This document shows positions 1 to 12,393 of a stretch of 64,000 nucleotides of DNA, one piece after another. The translations under genes were made by a program, and so were the position numbers. Numbering within the stretch: the first letter of the stretch is position 1; the number at the start of each line of letters is the position of its first letter. Source of the DNA: Mobula hypostoma (taxonomy: Eukaryota); assembly GCF_963921235.1 (NCBI RefSeq), contig NC_086109.1:16742001-16806000 (forward strand). Direction: 5' to 3'. Below the pieces are notes generated by a model. That model had not been told where the DNA came from. It was given only the letters and a program-made list of their open reading frames with translations, and made no database searches.

Positions 1-646
1 AGCATTCGTAATAAGGTGGATGAATTGAAAGTGCAGATTGTTATTAATGATTATGATATAGTTGGGATCACAGAGACATGGCTCCAGGGTGACCAGGGAT
101 GGGAGCTCAACGTTCAGGGATATTCAATATTCAGGAGGGATAGACATGAGGAGGTGGGGTGGCGTTGCTGGTTAAAAAAGAGATTAACGCAATAGAAAGG
201 AAGGACATAAGCCGGGAAGATGTGGAATCGATATGGGTAGAGCTGCGTAACACTAAGGGGCAGAAGACGCTGGTGGGAGTTGTGTACAGGCCACCTAACA
301 GTAGTAGTGAGGTCGGAGATGGTATTAAACAGGAAATTAGAAATGTGTGCAATAAAGGAACAGCAGTTATAATGGGTGACTTCAATCTACATGTAGACTG
401 GGTGAACCAAATTGGTAAAGGTGCTGAGGAAGAGGATTTCTTGGAATGTATGCGGGATGGTTTTTTGAACCAACATGTCGAGGAACCGACTAGAGAGCAG
501 GCTATTCTGGACTGGGTTTTGAGCAATGAGGAAGGGTTAATTAGCGATCTTGTCGTGAGAGGCCCCTTGGGTAAGAGTGACCATAATATGGTGGAATTCT
601 TCATTAACATGGAGAGTGACGTAGTTAATTCAGAAACAAAGGTTCT
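1..646 (+). mobile_element. CR1-clade LINE ORF2 fragment (APE endonuclease domain), runs off the window start and stops abruptly at its 3' side
   Basis: ORF 159..662 has APE motifs (GVVYRPP, IMGDFN, ILDWVLSN, SDHN); 339-646 matches 31072-31379 with 4 substitutions. Confidence 0.93.
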
Positions 647-762
647 TAAAGTATATGGGTGAACCGCAGGCAAATAGGAATAGATGACAGTGATATCTTG
701 GTCAGCATGGACAAGTCAGGCCGAAGGGCCTGATTCTGTGCTGATTAACTCAGTGACTCTCT
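647..762 (+). mobile_element. Old CR1/SINE-type 3' tail
   Basis: ggtcagcatggac...ggccgaagggcctg.ttctgtgctg motif shared with the other CR1 3' ends in the window. Confidence 0.6.
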
Positions 763-1483
763 GATAATAATTGTATCTCTGTGGTACAAAGCTGGTATTG
801 TTCAGTGCCCATGAACAGGCAGAATTCAGTGTATTGAAGTGATGGGAAAAGTACAGAATGCAAACTGCTGATAAAACAATGTTATACGTATTTATGATGG
901 GAAAGTGTATCAATCTCATCTGTTGCATGCTTTCTTATCAGTACCTGCACCTTAGCAATGTAAAACAAGAGTCAAAAGTCCACATTAAATTATTCAGTCC
1001 ATGCATTTAGGTAGGTGTAAGATTACTCTCCACCCTCCTTAGACAATTTCATGTCATCCAAAAGTTTGCAGGGTGCGATTGATATTCTGAAGTACTCCAT
1101 TTTTACAGGCAATTCTTGGACAGCATACCATGTCACTTCACAGGGAAGCAAAACGTCACACCATACCATGAATGGTGAAATAAGAGCTGATGACCAAAAG
1201 CTTTACCTGAAATGTAGGGTTTAAAAAACATTCTAAAAGAGCACAGAAACATGAAGAACTTTAGGAAAGCAAGTTAGGGCCGTAATTAGGGGAAATTACG
1301 CCCATTCCCTTCGAGCAATTAAAATCAGAGAGGTACAATGGATCAGAATTGGAGGCATGAAGAGATTGAAGAGGGTTACAGAGGTAGGGCAGGGAGATGT
1401 CATGGAATATTTAATAAAAACTGTGAGAATTTTTAAAATCTTCACCTTTTATACAACTTAATATTAAAAATTAAAGAAAAGAT

Positions 1484-1770
1484 TAAAGATCTGCTTTATT
1501 TGTCACATGTACATCGAAGAATGAAATGCATCATTTGTGTCAACAACCAACATAGTCCAAGGATTGTACTTGCCCGCAGGTGTCTGCACACTTCTGGCAC
1601 CAACGTAGCATGCCCACAGCTTACTAACCCTAACCCATATGTCTTTGCGATGTGAGGAAACCCACACGGTCACACAAAGAACAAACAAAGTCCTTACAGA
1701 CAGCATCGGAAATTGAACCCAGATTGCTGGCAATATAAAGTGTTGCACTAACCATTAATCTACCATGCTT
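1484..1770 (-). mobile_element. tRNA-derived SINE (V-SINE-like)
   Basis: Reverse-strand B-box-like gggttcaatt, core ctgtaaggactttg...tgtgggtttcctc; similar copy at 22262-22530. Confidence 0.7.
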
Positions 1771-2075
1771 CCCCACCCCCATGATCACATCTAACCTAAA
1801 TAAAGATTCATCTGCATTAGATCAACTGTTAATAAATAAAAACTGTGAACGAAGTAATAAGAGGTGGCTCTGCATATGGGGGCGGGGGGGGTGCACCCGC
1901 ACAATGAAGCAGCGATAGGTAGTTTGTGTTCCAGTAGGAGACCATTAGAGCGATATTGAGGCAGGATTGGATTTGTGGGCAAATTACCAGGAGACAGTAA
2001 GAGAGGAGGAGATTGTGTTGAAGTTGGGCTAGATCAGAAAACCCGCTGGATTGTGATGACATTAAAACTAATAAT

Positions 2076-5000
2076 CATCATCATCAGGTGCCATGCCCAG
2101 TTTGAGCTTTGACTGCCATGGCCCACACACTGCTGTTTCGGGTCAAGTGAATCAATTCATTGGTATTCATTTCCAGTTCTCTGACTGCTGTCTCCATCAT
2201 CATTTGTCTTTGTCTTCCTCTTGCTTTCTTCCCTTCAATCTTTCCCATAATTACCATGCATTATAACTCCTCTTTCCTAATCACATGTCCAAAGAAGTTA
2301 CGTTGCCTTTTCATGATCTCATACATTATTTCTTTTTTGTGTTTCCTCTGTTCATGACATCCTCGTTAGATATTCGTTTTGTCTATGATATTCTTTGCAT
2401 CCTCCTCAAAAACCACTTCTCTGCTGCTACAATTCGTTTCCTCATGTTACTAGATATTGTCCAACATTCTGAGCCATATAACATAACTGGATAAACGTAA
2501 CATTTCAGTACTCTGAGGCAGGTTGTCATGCCTAGTTTAGTATTGGTCAGTATACTCTTCATTCTCATAAAGGTGTCTTTTGCCATGCCTATTCTTCTTT
2601 TGATGTCCATGTCGCACCTGCCATCTGATGTCACCCAGCTTCCTAAATAGCAAAAGTTCTGTACTTGTTTTATGTCTTCCCCGTTTATTCTCAGCCCGCA
2701 GATAGGATTCTCCTTCTTTTTGGATATCACCATACATTCTGTCTTTTTGCAATTGATAGATAGACCCATTTTTTGCACTTTCTTCAACAATTATATCAAT
2801 TAAGTTTTGTGGTTCTTCCTCCGTACTTGCAATTAAGACAGTGTCATCTGCATATCTGAAATTATTGATGTTTTCACCACCAACTTTGGTTCCCAAGATG
2901 TCTCTTATTTTTTGTAATATTGTTTCACTGTACACATTAAATAAATCAGGGGAGAAAACACACCCTTGTCTAATGCCTCTCTTGATTTTCGTAAACTGAC
3001 TCACTTCTCCATCTATTCTTACAGCAGCAGTTTGTTCCCAGTACAGATTTCTGATTAGGCGAAGGTCTTTCAAATCTAGATCTAGAGTTTTCTGTAATAT
3101 TTCAAATAACTTATTGTGTTTCACTTTATCAAATGCTTTTGTGTAGTCAATAAAACAAACAAACAAATCTTTTTGCACTTGAATAGCTCATTCTGATAGC
3201 ATCCTTAACATCAATATTGTGTTTCTTGTACCTTTGTCTTTCACAAAACCACATTGTTCTTTACCTATTTCAGCTTGTATCTTACTTTTAGCTCTTGTCA
3301 TCAAAATTCTTAGAAGTATCTTGGTGATATGACTCATTAAACTTATGGTCCTACGTCATTCACATTCTATTGCTCCAGGTTTCTTAGGAAGAGTGATAAA
3401 TACTGATTTTTTCATCTCTTCTGGTATTATTCCAGTCTCATAAATGTCATTGATTGAATCAGTAAGTTTTCCTATTCCATAATCTTCAAGGGCGATAATT
3501 TGTTCTATTACTAATTCATCAGGACCTGCTGCCTTTTCTTTCTTCATTTTATTTATTGCATTACGAACTTCAGATTTTAAAATACTTGCATCTTCAATGT
3601 TTTTCTTAATTTCTGGTTTTTCGCCTCGATTGGCTTCAAACAATTCCTGAATATACTCAGTCCATCTGTTCATAATCTCATCTTTTTCCATGATAATGGT
3701 ACCGTCCTTTGTTTTCAAACATCCACCTGAAGAACAGAGGAGCTTTTTACCAGTGATATTCTTGATTTGTTGATGTAACCTTTTTGGATCAGTAATAGGG
3801 ATTCTTTCTATTTGCTCACATTCCTGGATTAACCATTCTTCTTTGGCTTTTTGACATAAGCTTTTAACTTTTTTATCTAAGGACTTATATTCTATAGGAT
3901 TTGCTTTCTTCCGTCTCCTTTCTTCCATTAGATTTTTGATTTCATCTGTCATCCATTTATTCTTTGTGCTTTTTTTCTTTTTTAAGAATCACTGACTTTG
4001 TTGATTCTACCAAGGCATCCTTTAGAGAGTTAAATTTCATTTCTACATGATTGCTATCATCTTCAACAGATTCTATTTCTAGACTTTGAAATCTATTCCT
4101 TACTTCAATTGTAAATTTTTGTCTTAAGTTTTCTTCTTTAATTAATTGCAAGTAGTCAAGGGATTGTTCAGGTTTTTGCTTCTTTAGTTTTTTAAGTTTT
4201 ACTTTTACATGACATACTACTGGGTTATGGTCACTATTACAGTCTGTACCTGGATATGTTTTGCATTGAGTCACTGAGTTTCTAAATCTTTGGTTTATAG
4301 TAATAAAGTCAATTTGATTTCTAGTGTTATCACCTGGACTTTTCCAGGTCCACAAGCGTCTTGGGTGGTTTTTAAAGTAGATATTCATAATGACCTGATT
4401 ATTCATCTTGCACCATTCTACCCATTTCTCACCTCTTTCATTTCTTTCCCCAGTCCAAATTTTCCTATGGTATTTCCATCAGCACCTTGTCCTACCTTAG
4501 CATTTAGATCTCCCATGACAACAACAATATCTTGAGATTTGCATCCATTCTTTGCTTGTTCAAGCTCTTCATAGAATTTATCTATATCCTCATTTGTTCC
4601 ATCTGTTGTTGGTGCATATACCTGTATAATTGCTAAATCAAATGGTTGTCCTCCAAATCTGACAAGGAGCACTCTTTCTGATATTGCCCAATGTCCTAAG
4701 ACACTTTTTGCCATGTTTTCATCCATAAGAATTCCTACTCCATTAGTATGGGATGTTCCACAAGAATAAATTAGTGTTTTATTTCTATTCTGACATGTTC
4801 CAGCACCTATCCAACGAACTTCGCGAATACCCATGATGCTAATCTTTAGTCTTTCCATTTCATTTATCACATTGTCTAACCTTCCTGCTTGATATAGGGT
4901 TCTTACATTCCAAGTGGCAATAATTTTCTTTTGTGTGCTTGAATTTTTATGAGCAGTAGCTTGATGGCAGTCTGGGATCCCCTGCTGACCAGAATCAACC

Positions 5001-5454
5001 CTACCGAGAGAAGCATCTTCGGAATTGTCTTGAAGATCCTCTTGACGCTGTTGTTGTGTGATACATTTTGTGAGTTTGACCATGGTTTTCTTCGCAAATA
5101 GATTCTAGGAAACTTGTATCTAGCAATGGTGGTTTGCTATTGCCTACCGTTGGGCGAACTAAAGAAATCGCCATTTCTTTTCCCAAATGTTCATCCACCT
5201 GTACTATAGCCATTGACACTTGAGGTCCTAGCTCATCCGCCTTCTCCGTCATAAGTTCAGTTACTGAACCTGTCAGCTCTGCCATTGGCCTTCGCTCGTA
5301 TCCTGAGCAGGAACTCTTGCAGGTGCTACCGTTCCGGGTCAGAGCGGCCCTGGGAGCAATGAATGACTAAAGGGTAACTCCACTTTCCCCAAAGCTCTGA
5401 AAGTCCCCAATCAGAGCCTCATCACCAGTTGCAGTTTAGAGTCATACCCAGGAC
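2076..5454 (-). mobile_element. Full-length RTE-clade LINE (about 3.4 kb), disabled
   Basis: Colinear APE and RT ORF fragments, about 370-bp 5' leader, (TGA)n 3' tail, degenerate 12-bp TSD aaaactaataat (2064-2075) / aaaaccaacaat (5457-5468). Confidence 0.92.
2383..5083 (-). pseudogene. RTE endonuclease/reverse transcriptase ORF broken by several frameshifts and stops
   Basis: IATWNVRTL, IQVYAPT, MGDLNAKVG, NQIDFI, SDHNPV, KAAGPD, FIDYTKAFD, GIRQGC, RYADD, LYGSECWT in successive ORFs 4418..5083, 3957..4406, 3356..3952, 2537..3178, 2383..2790. Confidence 0.93.
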
Positions 5455-5699
5455 AAAAAACCAACAATAAATATATTATTTGCGATGCTTCTAAGGCAGG
5501 ACTGGATATTATCCAGATGAAGATAACACAAGATTATACCAGATGGTTTAAGATGTAGCCGAAAAACAATGTGGCCCAAATAAAATCTGCAATTTTTCCA
5601 ATGTTGTAGAATCTTACCGTAAATCATACTTCATTTATTAAGAGCTTGTTGACATGATAATCATAGAACAATTAGAGGGTGCAGCAAGTGATTGGAGAT

Positions 5700-5900
5700 C
5701 AACACACACAAAATGCTAGAGGAACTCAGCAGGCCAGGCAGCATCTATGGAAAAGAGTACAGTCAACATTTTGGTCCTGCTGAAGGGTTTCAGCCCGAAA
5801 CATCAACCGTACTCTTTTCCATAGATGCTGCCTGGCCTGCTGAGTTCCTCCAGCATTTTGTGTGTGTTGCTTGGATTTCTAGCATCTGCAGATTTTCTCT
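5700..5900 (+). mobile_element. Penelope-derived fold-back element, degenerate hammerhead core
   Basis: About 65-bp inverted arms around ctgctga-agggtttcagccc-gaaacatc; common tail ..agcatctgcaga.. Confidence 0.75.
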
Positions 5901-5944
5901 TATTAGTGATTGGAGATAATACTTTTCTTTATATATGTACCATG

Positions 5945-6935
5945 GGGGCGGTATGATAGCATAGTGGTTAACGCAACGTTTTACAGCACCAGCAAACCAG
6001 GTTCAATGCCCACTGCTATCTGTAAGGAGTTTGTACATTCTCTCTGTGACCGTGTGGGTTTCCTCCAGTTCATCCCACAGTCCAAAGACGTACCGGTTGG
6101 TAGGTTAATGGGTCATTGTATAAGTGCCCTGTGATTAGGCTAGGGTTGACTCTTGGCAGTGTGGAGGATCAGAGGGATCTTGGGGGCTGAGTCCGTAGGA
6201 CACTCAAGGCTGCTGCGCAGGTTGACTCTGTAGTTAAGAAAGCATACGGTGTATTGGCCTTTATTAATTGTGGAACTGAATTTAGGAGCCGAGAGGTAAT
6301 GTTGCAGCTCTATAGGACCCTGGTCAGACCCCACTTGGAATACTGTGCTCAGTTCTGGTCACCTCACTATAGGAAGGATGTGGAAACCATAGAAAGGGTG
6401 CAGAAGAGATTTACAAGGATGTTGCCTGGATTGGGGAGCATGCCTTATGAGGTTGAGTGAACTCGGCCTTTTCTCCTTGGAGCGACGGAGGATGAGAGGT
6501 GACCTGATAGAGGTGTATAAGATGATGGAGGCATTGATTGTGTGGATCGTCAGAGGCTTTCTCTCAGGGCTGAAATGGCTAGCACGAGAGGACGCAGGTT
6601 TAAGGTGCTTGGAAGCAGGTACAGAGAAGATATCGGGGTAAGTTTTTATACGCAGAGAGTGGTGAGTGTATGGAGTGGGCTGCCAGCAACGGTGGTGGAG
6701 GCAGATACGATAGGGTCTTTTAAGAGACTCCTGGACAGGTACATGGAGCTCAGAAAAATAGAGGGCTATGGGTAACCTTAGGTAATTTCTCAGGTAAGGA
6801 CATGTTCGGCACAGCTTTGTGGGCCGAAGGGCCTGTATTGTGCTGTAGGTTTTCTATGTTTCTAAATTGGGGATTGCTGGGTGGTGCAGCTCGAAGAGCC
6901 AGTAGGACCTACTGGTCGTTGTAGCTCATTAAATA
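5945..6935 (+). mobile_element. tRNA-derived V-SINE-like element split by a CR1 insertion
   Basis: A box tagcatagtgg, B box ggttcaatgcc, core; resumes at about 6864 aaattgggg; unsplit relative at 9867-10100. Confidence 0.8.
6148..6864 (+). mobile_element. 5'-truncated CR1 LINE
   Basis: LVRPHLEYCAQFWSP, ERVQKRFTR, LERRRMRGDLIE; ttttctatgtttct tail; same family as 43746-44683. Confidence 0.92.
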
Positions 6936-7039
6936 ATCACCGTGTGACCTGACCTGGCCACAGTTTGCTGTGCACTGTACTTCATTCTTTAATCATTAGA
7001 TCGCTCCTGATGAAGAATGTTATCAGGACTCTCCTTCTC

Positions 7040-7871
7040 ACTTTTTCCATTCCCCATTCTGGTCAGCCTCACACCCTTTCTCTTGTCCTCATCTGCCCAT
7101 CACTGTCAGACTATCAGACATAGGAGTAGAATCAGATCACTCGCTCGCTTGAGTCTGCTCTGCTATTCCACCATGGCTGATTTATGATCCTCTCAACCCC
7201 ATTCCTTCTGACACCTTGACTAATCAGGAATGTAACAACCTCCATTTTAAATAGACTCAATGACTCAGCCTCCACAGCCGTCTGTGGCATCGAATTCCAC
7301 AGATTCACTACCCCTCTGACTAAAGAAATTCCACCTCAGCTCTGTTCTAAGTGGACATCCCTCTATTTTGAGCCATCTGTGGCAATGAATTCTACAGATT
7401 CACTACCCTCTGGCTAAAGAAATTCCTCCTTGTCTATCTTCTAAATGGGTGCCCCTCTGTTCTGAGGCTGTGCCCTCTGGTTCTATACTCCCCCACTATA
7501 GAAAACATCCTCTCCACATCCACTCCATCTAGGCCTCCCTCCCTCTTATTCCCTTCCTCCAACCCTTTTTCCCATGTTCCACTGTCCTCTCATCAGATTC
7601 CCTCTTCTTCAGCCCTTTACCTCTTCCTCCTATCGCCTACCAGCTTCATACTTCATCTCTCCTCTCCAACCCACCCACCCACCTTCACCCTCTACTGGTC
7701 TCACCTATCACCTGCCAGTTTATACTCCTTCCTCTCCCCCCACCTTATTCTAGCTTCTGCACCCTTTCTTTCTTGTCCTGATGAAGGGCCTTGGCCTGTA
7801 ACGTCAACTGTTCATTCACCTCCATAGATGCCGCCTGACCTGCTGAGTTTCTCCAGCATTTTGTGTGTGTG
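7040..7871 (+). mobile_element. Penelope-type 3' region interrupted by a reverse CR1 3' fragment (about 7110-7540)
   Basis: Pyrimidine-rich tract then cctgatgaagggccttggcctgtaacgtc and the common tail; nested CR1 piece has an internal duplication of about 95 bp. Confidence 0.7.
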
Positions 7872-8892
7872 GTGTATATAATTGAAGTCAAAATCACATG
7901 ACTTAGGGGTGGTGATGTTCCCATGCAACTCAGGCTTGAGAGCTTTCTGTCCAAAAGAACCTGGAAAGAGAAATGTTCTGTCAAAGGGACAAGATGACAG
8001 AGTTTATCTTGTAGATGGTGAACACAGAACAGAGCTGGAGATAATGCATGCTTAGGATAGTGATGGGGTGATGATCAAGCAGGTAACTTTATCTTCAATA
8101 GTACCAATTTTCTTCAGCATTCAAGTGGAAAGTATGGAATCATGTTTTTGACTTATGCCCTGTAAAAAGGCTTTGGAAAGTCAAGAAGTGATTCACTCAT
8201 CACATAGAATCCCACCTCAGATTGACGTATCTAGAAGCAGACCTGTTAAAGCCTCCAGTACATTCTCCTCTTGAAAGATCTTTCTGTGTATCATAAATTA
8301 TATAAGACTATCTAGCCAGCAGCCAGACTGATAGCAGAGGAAACCTGCTCTAAAATTAGGATACAGTATATGTGTGTTGCACTTTGCAGCTGAACACAAA
8401 AGAATGCAGAGAATCTTTGTTACGAGGGAAAGTGAACGCTGCCTGTTGCATTTTAGTGCAGTTATAGTTCAATGCGGTCTATCTTTTAAAGGCAGAAAGT
8501 TGTTTAAGCGTCTTTGGACTGTGAGAACTGCTTCTCTGAGATGTGAAACTAGGAATTTTACTGAGTTACTCATTCTGAACTTTCCAATAGAGAGCTGATG
8601 CTGGGCTTGTTCGATGAAATGTAAATATTGAGGGGAAGACCACTGAGGAGGGGCTAAATGTATGGAGCCATGTCACCTACTCAGCCATTAGTCAACTTGT
8701 ACAATGAATGGAGGAGGAGGGGGGAGAAGGATAAAGGGTGAGGTAAGAGAGCTTTGTATGTGATGCCTTGATCTTGCTTTATACAGTCATTTATTTCTAA
8801 ATGGCAAAGCTATTTTATTAAATAACTTCTAACACAAACACTAGAGAAAAAATACTGCATTGGTGGTGCAACTGCCCTAATAATCTGTTGGA

Positions 8893-9580
8893 TTAGATTA
8901 TTAGATTATGAGGACACTCAGTCCTCGTTTATTGTCATTTAGAAATGCATGCATTAAAAAATGATACACCATTCCTCCAGAATGATATCACAAGAAAAAC
9001 ACAGGACAAACCAAGACTAAAACTTACAGAACCATATAATTATAACATATAGTTACAACAGTGCAAAGCAATACCATAATTTGATAAAGAGCAGACCATG
9101 GGCACGGTAAAAAAAAGTTTTAAAGTCCCGACAGACTCATCATCACGCAGGCGGTAGAAGGGAGAAACTCTTCCTGCCATGAAGCTCCAAGCGTTGCAAA
9201 CTTGCCAATGCAGCACTATTAGAAGCACCCGACCGCAGTGGACTCTGAGTCCGTCTGAAAGCTTCGAGCATCCGACCAGCCCCTCTGACACAGCCTCTCC
9301 GAGCACCATCCACTGCTGAGCGCTTCAATCCCGCCCCGGCCACCGAGCAACAAGCAAAGCCGAGGACTCGGGGCCTCCCTCTCCGGAGATTTTGGATCAC
9401 ACAGTAGCAGCAGCAGCGAAGCGGGCATTTCAGAAGTTTCACCAGATGTTCCTCCGTGCTCTCACATCCGTCTCCATCAAATCAGGATTGTGCGCGGCAC
9501 CCTTCTTGACAAATAACAGACATCACCACTGGAGTGGCCACTGCACGCTGCATCGCACCGCCATCTTCTCCTCCCTCCTC
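8893..9580 (-). mobile_element. Non-autonomous retroelement of about 680 bp, copy 1
   Basis: Starts ggaggagaagatggcg on minus, ends (taatc)n; alignable end to end with 21627-22263, 52303-52988, 62152-62832. Confidence 0.85.
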
Positions 9581-9866
9581 TAGGGGCATTAGATTAGGAA
9601 CAGTTACTACTGCTCAACCATCAGGCTCTTAAACAAAGGGGCAACTTCAATCAACTTCACTTGTTCCATCATGGAACTGTTCCTACAGACTATGGACTCA
9701 CTTTCAAAGACTCTTCACCTCATGTTCCTGATACTTATTGCTTATTTATTTACATTACTGTTTCTTCTTCTTGAATTTGCACAGCTTGTTGTCTTCTGCC
9801 CTCTGGCTGAACACCCTAGTTGGGCAGTCTTTCATTGACTCTGTTATGGTTATTATTTTATATAGT

Positions 9867-10100
9867 GCAGCACGGTGGCATAGTGGTTAGAACGATGCTC
9901 TACTGTACAGGCGACCTGGGTTCGATTCTCTCCGCTGACCGCATGGGTTTCCTCCCACAGTCCAAAGATGTACCGGTTGGTAGGTTAATTGGTCATTATA
10001 AATTGTCCCATGATTAGGCTAGGGTTAAACTGGGAGATTGCTGGGTGATGCAACTCAAAGTGCCAGAGATGCCCTCTCCATGTTGTATCTCAATAAATAA
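9867..10100 (+). mobile_element. tRNA-derived V-SINE-like element nested in a Rex/L2-type 3' fragment
   Basis: tggcatagtgg A box, gggttcgattc B box, aataaataaa tail. Confidence 0.8.
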
Positions 10101-11044
10101 ACATAGATTTTTATTGAATATGCCCACAAGCAAATGAATCACGGGGTTGTATAAGGTGACATATATGTACTTTGATAATAAATTTTACTTTGAACTTTGA
10201 ATTTAGCTTCTCCTGGTTTGTTGACAGTTACTCTTTATTGCTTCAAAGTTCTCTTCGACACTTCAATGGATGCAAGAGGAATAATATTAAAAGAAGTGGG
10301 AGGAATGATAGGCCACCCAGTCTCTTTGATGCAGAATAAATATAACTATTGGTCCAATTTACAGCATGCCCCCACTGAAACAAGTCACCCTCATTCTGAC
10401 AAACATTGCTTCAAGTCTGAAATCTAAGCTCTGAGTGTACACAGTTGACAGTGGCATTGTTTATGAATTCAAGCCTCATGACAGTTCTCATTGAAATAGA
10501 TCTTTAGAGACATCAGCATATTCTGGAAGGCTTAACATTATTATGTAAATTGTGTTTGTTTAAGCACTTTGTTATTATTTAGAGGGAGCTGCTGATCAAA
10601 TGACTTAACTGGTCGGGCAGAGGCTTTGCAAATTGGCAGTACCTCTTGCATTTTGCCCATATCTCAATTCGAACAAAACTAAACTAATTTTCAAATTACA
10701 GAAAATGCTAATAGACAGTTCCTCCTACTCTCCACACATAATGGGAGATTGTGGAAGGAGCTTTTTTATATCCTGATGGATACTTGTTCAGTACTTGTTA
10801 CAGCCATCTATTTTTCCATAAACAGTACACACTTGATCGCCCTTACCACACTTCCTTTAATCAGCCTCAGAGTCCTGATTCACTTCTTTTCCATGCATAC
10901 ACAATATTCTGTAGGTAATCTGAAAGGTTGGATGGCTCTAAAACACTTCGTGGCTGGAAAATTGCAAAGTATTAACAGAGCAAATTGTTGGCCAATTTAT
11001 ATTGATAATCTTAAACATGACAGTGTCCCAGGTCATTTTACTGA

Positions 11045-11300
11045 CGGTAGTGTAGCGGTTAGCATAATGCTTTTGCAGTGCTAGCAGCCCAGGTTCAATA
11101 CCCACCACCATCTGTAAGGAGTTTGTACATTTTCCCCATGACTACGTGGATCTCCTCTGGGTCCTCCAGTCTCCTCCCTCATCCCAAAGATGTACCGGTT
11201 GATTAGTTAATTGCTAGCAAGGGTATAATTGGGCAGCGCAGGCTCATTGGGCTGGAAGGACCTGTTATCATGCTGCATGTCTAAATAAAATAAAATAAAA
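11045..11300 (+). mobile_element. tRNA-derived V-SINE-like element
   Basis: tagtgtagcgg / ggttcaatacc boxes, ctgtaaggagtttgtac core, (taaaa)n tail. Confidence 0.78.
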
Positions 11301-12286
11301 TTCATACCATACCATAAGGAAACAATTAGCAGTGTAACCAATAGTTTGGTCGAAGAGTTATGTCTTAAGATTTACAAAGTACTTTGGGCTTTAGCTCTAA
11401 GCCTGCATTACTAAGTGTACAAGTGAAATACAAGATCTATTTGCATTTTGTGTAGCTGAACTGGATTATTCTCCACACTGAATTAGTTCATTTTAGCCTG
11501 AAGCTTTGCAGTATATAGATCTCTCTCTGCTTTCACCCTCATGTAATGCGATCTTCTCATACAAATGTCTCTTAATTTCTAATAATGTGCATCATAAAAC
11601 TCAGGACAAATGTGCAGATTCATGACTGTATTAATCTCCTGATAAAGATAATCATCTTACAAGAGAAAGCTTTTTAATGAGGTTTGGATTACCAGCGCAG
11701 AGTGATAGGATACGAGTCTCGCGCCTTGTATCGGTGACGATGAATAAAATGAAGTGTTGTTATTTTAGCTTTAATTTTGTAGATGCTCCAATAAATTTGA
11801 TCACATAAACTGCTTAAAACCTGACTATAACTCAGATTCTTCAGTTAATCCTATGCCAAAACTGCATTACAATTTTCATCTGAAAAATGGTGGGAAATAT
11901 GTTGACTTGATAGGACCAAGGTGCTGGAATTCCTTCCCCAAATTTACCGACTTCAAAACTTTCTCATGAGTAAGAGGCTCCCCAACAGAGTCCTGGAAGC
12001 CCAGTGGTGATTTCACTTAGTCAAGTGAGCTAGCGCCTTGGTATGGCAATTGCTTTGCACATGGCTGCAAGAAAGTTCAGAGAGTTTGGACACAGTTCAG
12101 CAATCACAACAACCACCCTCCCCTCTGTGGACTCTGCCTACACTTCTCACTGTCTCGATAAAGCAGCCAGCAAAATCACAAAGACCCCACCTACTCACCC
12201 TTCAGACTGCTCCACCGTTTAATAAGATTATGACTGCTCTATTTTAAACTCAACTCTACTTTCATTGTAACCATACACATTCTTCT

Positions 12287-12393
12287 ACGTCGACTGCGCC
12301 TCTTCCTATAGATGCTGCCTGGCCTGCTGCGTTCACCAGCAACTTTGATGTGTGTTGCTTGAATTTCCAGCATCTGCAGAATTCCTGTTGTTT
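12287..12393 (+). mobile_element. 107-bp Penelope-derived 3' fragment with 10-bp TSD
   Basis: acattcttct at 12277-12286 and 12394-12403; body matches the arm and tail of 21198-21440. Confidence 0.85.
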
